Positions 60,695 to 64,000 of a DNA stretch of 64,000 nt are shown here, in pieces. Under the pieces are notes generated by a model. The model made no database searches. It had not been told where the DNA came from and saw nothing but the letters and a program-made list of their open reading frames with translations. Position numbers and translations under genes: made by a program. The DNA is from an uncultured Rickettsiales bacterium (lineage in GTDB: Bacteria; Pseudomonadota; Alphaproteobacteria; Rs-D84), in NCBI GenBank assembly GCA_900550495.1, contig URSJ01000002.1, forward strand, positions 570 to 64,569. Direction: 5' to 3'. How positions within the stretch are numbered: position 1 is the first letter of the stretch; each line of letters opens with the position of its first letter.

Positions 60695-61943
60695 AGATTA
60701 TCACCTCATAGTTCCAGATGCGGCGCGACGCGTCCCATGTGCAACGTGTCATGTATACCCCACCAAAATCATCAAAGATTTTCATAAACTGCATCGGCGT
60801 CATTTTTGAATCTGCCGCAACTTCTATCAAATTCACCGTTGCCACATCAACGCCATTGCTCAGCGTATCTGTTGCAACGTTTGTTTCAACATCTGTTGAA
60901 ATTCCCTGGAACGCGGTCTGGACCGCACGCAAAACTGTATCAACATCCCGCTCGTCCACAGACGCAACCGTTGATACCGCCGGCAACGTGGCACGCACCG
61001 TTACAACATCCGCAGATTCTTCGCTGACATATGACGCCGGCATTAATTCCGTCGCAATGCTGTAAAAATCCCCCAGTGTCCCAAAACTGCGCCTAAATCG
61101 CGCCAATGCATGTGTTTCACCGCATTCAGCCGTCACCTGATTCCAGCCAGGAATCGGCTGCATTACAAAACCAATCGCCTGGTAACAAACCTGTGCACGC
61201 TTTTCCACATCCGGCAAGTTATCATATGGCATAACAATCGGCGCTGGTGCTGTTTTTTTCTCTATATCAAATGCAGCATCCAGTTCTTTATTCTTTTCCG
61301 CAATTTGGCGTTTATATTCGGCCGCCAATTCTGGATTTATTTTTGCAACCTGGGGCGGTGTCATCATTTGACGGATTGGCTCACGAAAAAACGACAGCAG
61401 CAGAACTATAAACGTTGCAAAAATCAACACAGACGCCGATATTCGTCTGAAACGACTGATAGGACGCAACGTCGCATGCGCACCGCCGGATATCAAATCT
61501 GATAAATTTCGTTCTATTGCACGTGGCATTCCCCACGCGGCTGGCGCAAACAGCGCACCCCAATCGGGAATTTCTGATAGACGAAAATATTCCGCACGTG
61601 CCGTATCCTGGGAATCAAATAATTTATCTTGCAGAATTATACCGTTACGCACCGCAACCAAATAAAAACCATTTTCCGTATGAAATACGCCCAGAAATGA
61701 ATTATATTCGGTCAATGCGTCCATAATTTCAGCAGCGGCCGCGGACATACCACTGTGATGACCAACGCGACGTGACCCCAGTCCAATAATCGCACGATAT
61801 TCTGTAAACAGATTTAATTTTCCATTCACGCCACGTGCCAACATGCGTGCATACGCACGCGGGGCCGTCCCTGTCTTGACGGGTTGCCAAAACAGACCGA
61901 CAGCATATTTCTTGCGGTTGATATTTATTACTTGGCTCGGCAA
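60684..61943 (-). CDS. Type IVb pilus PilO/PilO2-like protein (bitopic)
   Basis: The N-terminus INRKKYAVGLFWQP matches the kyAvGLfWQp start I associate with PilO2-type proteins. It has a central TM helix (ASVLIFATFIVLLLSFF) and is 419 aa. It has a TTG start. Confidence 0.5.
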   Translation of the reverse strand: MPSQVININRKKYAVGLFWQPVKTGTAPRAYARMLARGVNGKLNLFTEYRAIIGLGSRRVGHHSGMSAAAAEIMDALTEYNSFLGVFHTENGFYLVAVRNGIILQDKLFDSQDTARAEYFRLSEIPDWGALFAPAAWGMPRAIERNLSDLISGGAHATLRPISRFRRISASVLIFATFIVLLLSFFREPIRQMMTPPQVAKINPELAAEYKRQIAEKNKELDAAFDIEKKTAPAPIVMPYDNLPDVEKRAQVCYQAIGFVMQPIPGWNQVTAECGETHALARFRRSFGTLGDFYSIATELMPASYVSEESADVVTVRATLPAVSTVASVDERDVDTVLRAVQTAFQGISTDVETNVATDTLSNGVDVATVNLIEVAADSKMTPMQFMKIFDDFGGVYMTRCTWDASRRIWNYEVIIYVK

Positions 61944-62011
61944 TTTCTCTCTCTAGTTTGCTATCATGGCAATTATAACACAAAACGCGCACATAACGCA
62001 AACACAGAATT

Positions 62012-62040
62012 AAAAACGCCCGCCAAAAATTTGACGGGCG
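62012..62040 (-). terminator. Terminator after the DUF4156-like lipoprotein gene, separating it from the pilO-like operon
   Basis: On the minus strand, the hairpin cgcccg-tcaaatttttgg-cgggcg is followed by TTTTT. Confidence 0.6.
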
Positions 62041-62072
62041 CGGATATGTTTTTTATCTATTTTCAGTAACTA

Positions 62073-62489
62073 TTACTGGCAATTTCCATACATGTTTTCA
62101 CAACTGACGGTCGTCGGCACCGTAACCGTTGTTGTTGTCATCTGGTTTGCCGTGCGTGTTATGCGCGGATGTGGACAATCATATACATTTGCAGTCAAAA
62201 TAAAAGCACGTTCTGGACCAAATATAACCCACTCGTTCGGACGAGTCCGCTGACTGGTAATCCAATATGCGTTACCACCACGCGCCTGGTCTGCAATACG
62301 ATTTTCAAGGTATCTGCGTGCATCATCGGCATCATAAACAGATGCCTCGGATTCTATTTTATACAGATATGTGCAACCCATCGGTTCTCCGTCCAGTTGG
62401 GTTAAAAATTCACTGCCATTTTCATTTTTTATTAAATTGCTGCACGCGGCCAATGCCAAAATTGCAAATACAGAAAACAGTTTTTTCAT
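62073..62489 (-). CDS. Small lipoprotein, DUF4156-like
   Basis: The lipobox is LALAAC. ARRYLENRIADQARGGNAYWITS resembles the a..dLkN.Aa.lGaN.v segment of DUF4156 lipoproteins. Confidence 0.45.
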   Translation of the reverse strand: MKKLFSVFAILALAACSNLIKNENGSEFLTQLDGEPMGCTYLYKIESEASVYDADDARRYLENRIADQARGGNAYWITSQRTRPNEWVIFGPERAFILTANVYDCPHPRITRTANQMTTTTVTVPTTVSCENMYGNCQ

Positions 62490-62502
62490 ATCAGAAATCC
62501 TT

Positions 62503-63444
62503 TTATTTACTTTGAACTATATCATAATTTTCTGGGTCACTGAATAATTTTTTCAGCACCAGGTTATTCAACGCATGGCTGCCCTTATACGATTCCAGGT
62601 CGCCAATCACAAACCCGCCAGACGTGAACATATCGCCAACCGCATCGATAATCTTGTGACGAACAAATTCATCTGGCCAAATCACAGGATTCAATGTTCC
62701 GTCCCCCGTGTCATTTAATGCGATAACGTTTTTTTCGCTGGCACCACGCGCCATACCACGCGCCTTTAAGTATTCCCATTCAGAATATTTTCCAAACGTG
62801 CGTGCGCGTGCAATATTTTTAACAAAATTATTTACAGATTTTTTTGTGCCATCAAAATTATACGAAAAAGTCTGACGACCAATAACACGTTCCGGATATA
62901 CCAGCGTTGCGACAATATTTAATGACGTACCGTCGTTTGGTGACAATTTAACATATCCATCACTCTTGCGCCCGGCGATTTTATTCATAACCCATAATTT
63001 AAACCTAATAATCGCCGGCAACGTGCGCAATACATCGCGTGCATAGACAACGACCGGACGACGCACGATGATTTTTTTCATCTGGGATTTGCCATCAACG
63101 TTACCAATAAACTTGGCTAAAAATTCAGACGCACTGCCGTCCAAGATTGGTGTTTCTGGGCCATCAATATCAATTATTGCACTGTCAATACCGGCCAAAA
63201 ATAATGCTGCCATTAAATGCTCTATTGTCTGAACGTGTGCGCCGTCTGTGCGTCCAATTGTGGTATTACGCATTTTCGTTTCGCCGACGTTTTCTGCCAA
63301 CGCCGGAATCAATTCAGACCCCGAGATATCCGTTCTGTGGAAAAAAATTCCCGGCTTTCTAGATGGTTTTACGACCATATTTACCGGCAATCCAGAATGA
63401 ATTCCGACACCGGTGATTTTAATTTTTTTTGCCAGTGTTGACAT
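62503..63444 (-). CDS. lpxC: UDP-3-O-acyl-N-acetylglucosamine deacetylase
   Basis: The sequence GVGIHSGLPVNMVVKP...TIEHLMAAL...DGSA...HKIIDAVGD is present, with the Zn-binding His and Asp positions in order. Confidence 0.9.
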   Translation of the reverse strand: MSTLAKKIKITGVGIHSGLPVNMVVKPSRKPGIFFHRTDISGSELIPALAENVGETKMRNTTIGRTDGAHVQTIEHLMAALFLAGIDSAIIDIDGPETPILDGSASEFLAKFIGNVDGKSQMKKIIVRRPVVVYARDVLRTLPAIIRFKLWVMNKIAGRKSDGYVKLSPNDGTSLNIVATLVYPERVIGRQTFSYNFDGTKKSVNNFVKNIARARTFGKYSEWEYLKARGMARGASEKNVIALNDTGDGTLNPVIWPDEFVRHKIIDAVGDMFTSGGFVIGDLESYKGSHALNNLVLKKLFSDPENYDIVQSK

Positions 63445-64000
63445 CTTTTATTTTCTCCTTTAACCAATCAAAGAACCCGTTTTCTATTGTTGTGTTCAGC
63501 CGCGCATATTTGATTTTATTACGCGCGTATTCTGGCAATCTGACCCAGTCTTTTTCAGTTGTCAACAATACCGCTTTTTTCTTTTCTGCCAACATAAACA
63601 GTTTTTCAATATCTTCATCTGTGTATTGCCAGTGGTCTGGGAAACTACGTCGACCAACAACCGATTTTCCCAGTGCACGGAAAAATTTTTTCGGATATCC
63701 AATACCCGCAAACGCAAAGACACGCTCGGCATCATCATATGGCGACATTGTTGTGTTTGTCGCATAAAATACTGGCACAGTATCAGGTAATTTAAAATTC
63801 TTTTTTGCACGCGGATTTTTTATGACAATTATTGCATCAGCCTTGGCCGCGGCACGACGTGGTTCGCGCAGGGGACCGGCTGGTAATAAAAATCCGTTTC
63901 CATATCCCAGGCTCGCGTCAAATACCAATATAGAAATATCTTTATTTATACGTGGATTTTGAAAACCGTCGTCCATAACAATAGGACTGTCTTCATCTGT
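63419..64000 (-). CDS. lpxK: Tetraacyldisaccharide 4'-kinase, C-terminal part (gene continues beyond the window)
   Basis: The motif MDDGFQNPRINKDISILVFD...GNGFLLPAGPLREP is present. The frame stays open through 64000 (TDEDSPIV precedes MDDG). It overlaps the lpxC start. Confidence 0.85.
   Translation of the reverse strand, partial: TDEDSPIVMDDGFQNPRINKDISILVFDASLGYGNGFLLPAGPLREPRRAAAKADAIIVIKNPRAKKNFKLPDTVPVFYATNTTMSPYDDAERVFAFAGIGYPKKFFRALGKSVVGRRSFPDHWQYTDEDIEKLFMLAEKKKAVLLTTEKDWVRLPEYARNKIKYARLNTTIENGFFDWLKEKIKDVNTGKKN

Overview
This window is a chromosomal segment from a Gram-negative bacterium, most likely an alphaproteobacterium. That placement rests on an AddB-type recombination nuclease, DUF721/DciA, SecB, LolCDE, LpxC/LpxK, and an alpha-type J-domain protein following xerD. 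The sequence is moderately AT-rich and densely coding. The backbone is housekeeping: lptF/G (partial), xerD, trxB, serS, typA, recA, mltA, secB, ruvC, yebC, ruvA, mnmE, xthA, addB, engB, rsmI, lolCD, ftsQ, ftsA, tsaE, uvrB, aspS, galE, ung, gyrB, lpxC and lpxK (partial). Four tRNA genes are present, all on the minus strand: Tyr, Gly, Thr and Met/Ile2-CAU. I saw no rRNA, CRISPR array or transposase. The accessory or unusual content is as follows. (1) A DarT/DarG toxin-antitoxin (anti-phage) pair sits in a visibly AT-rich islet against the 3' end of tRNA-Thr, together with two unknown envelope proteins. (2) An R64/PAPI-1-style type IVb pilus core (PilO/P/Q/R-like) has no pilin, peptidase or secretin beside it. 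A lipoprotein secretin lies 23 kb away inside the lolC-lolD operon, followed by two secreted Cys-patterned proteins. (3) A single ORF fuses FtsA to ribulose-phosphate 3-epimerase, and no ftsZ follows it. (4) A six-gene block containing only glycosyltransferases lies between typA and recA. (5) A family of long imperfect palindromes shares a conserved loop and has co-varying stems. (6) Duplicated tRNA 3'-end fragments and 44-nt direct repeats bracket galE. All functional calls come from motif and architecture recognition by eye. No database search was run.
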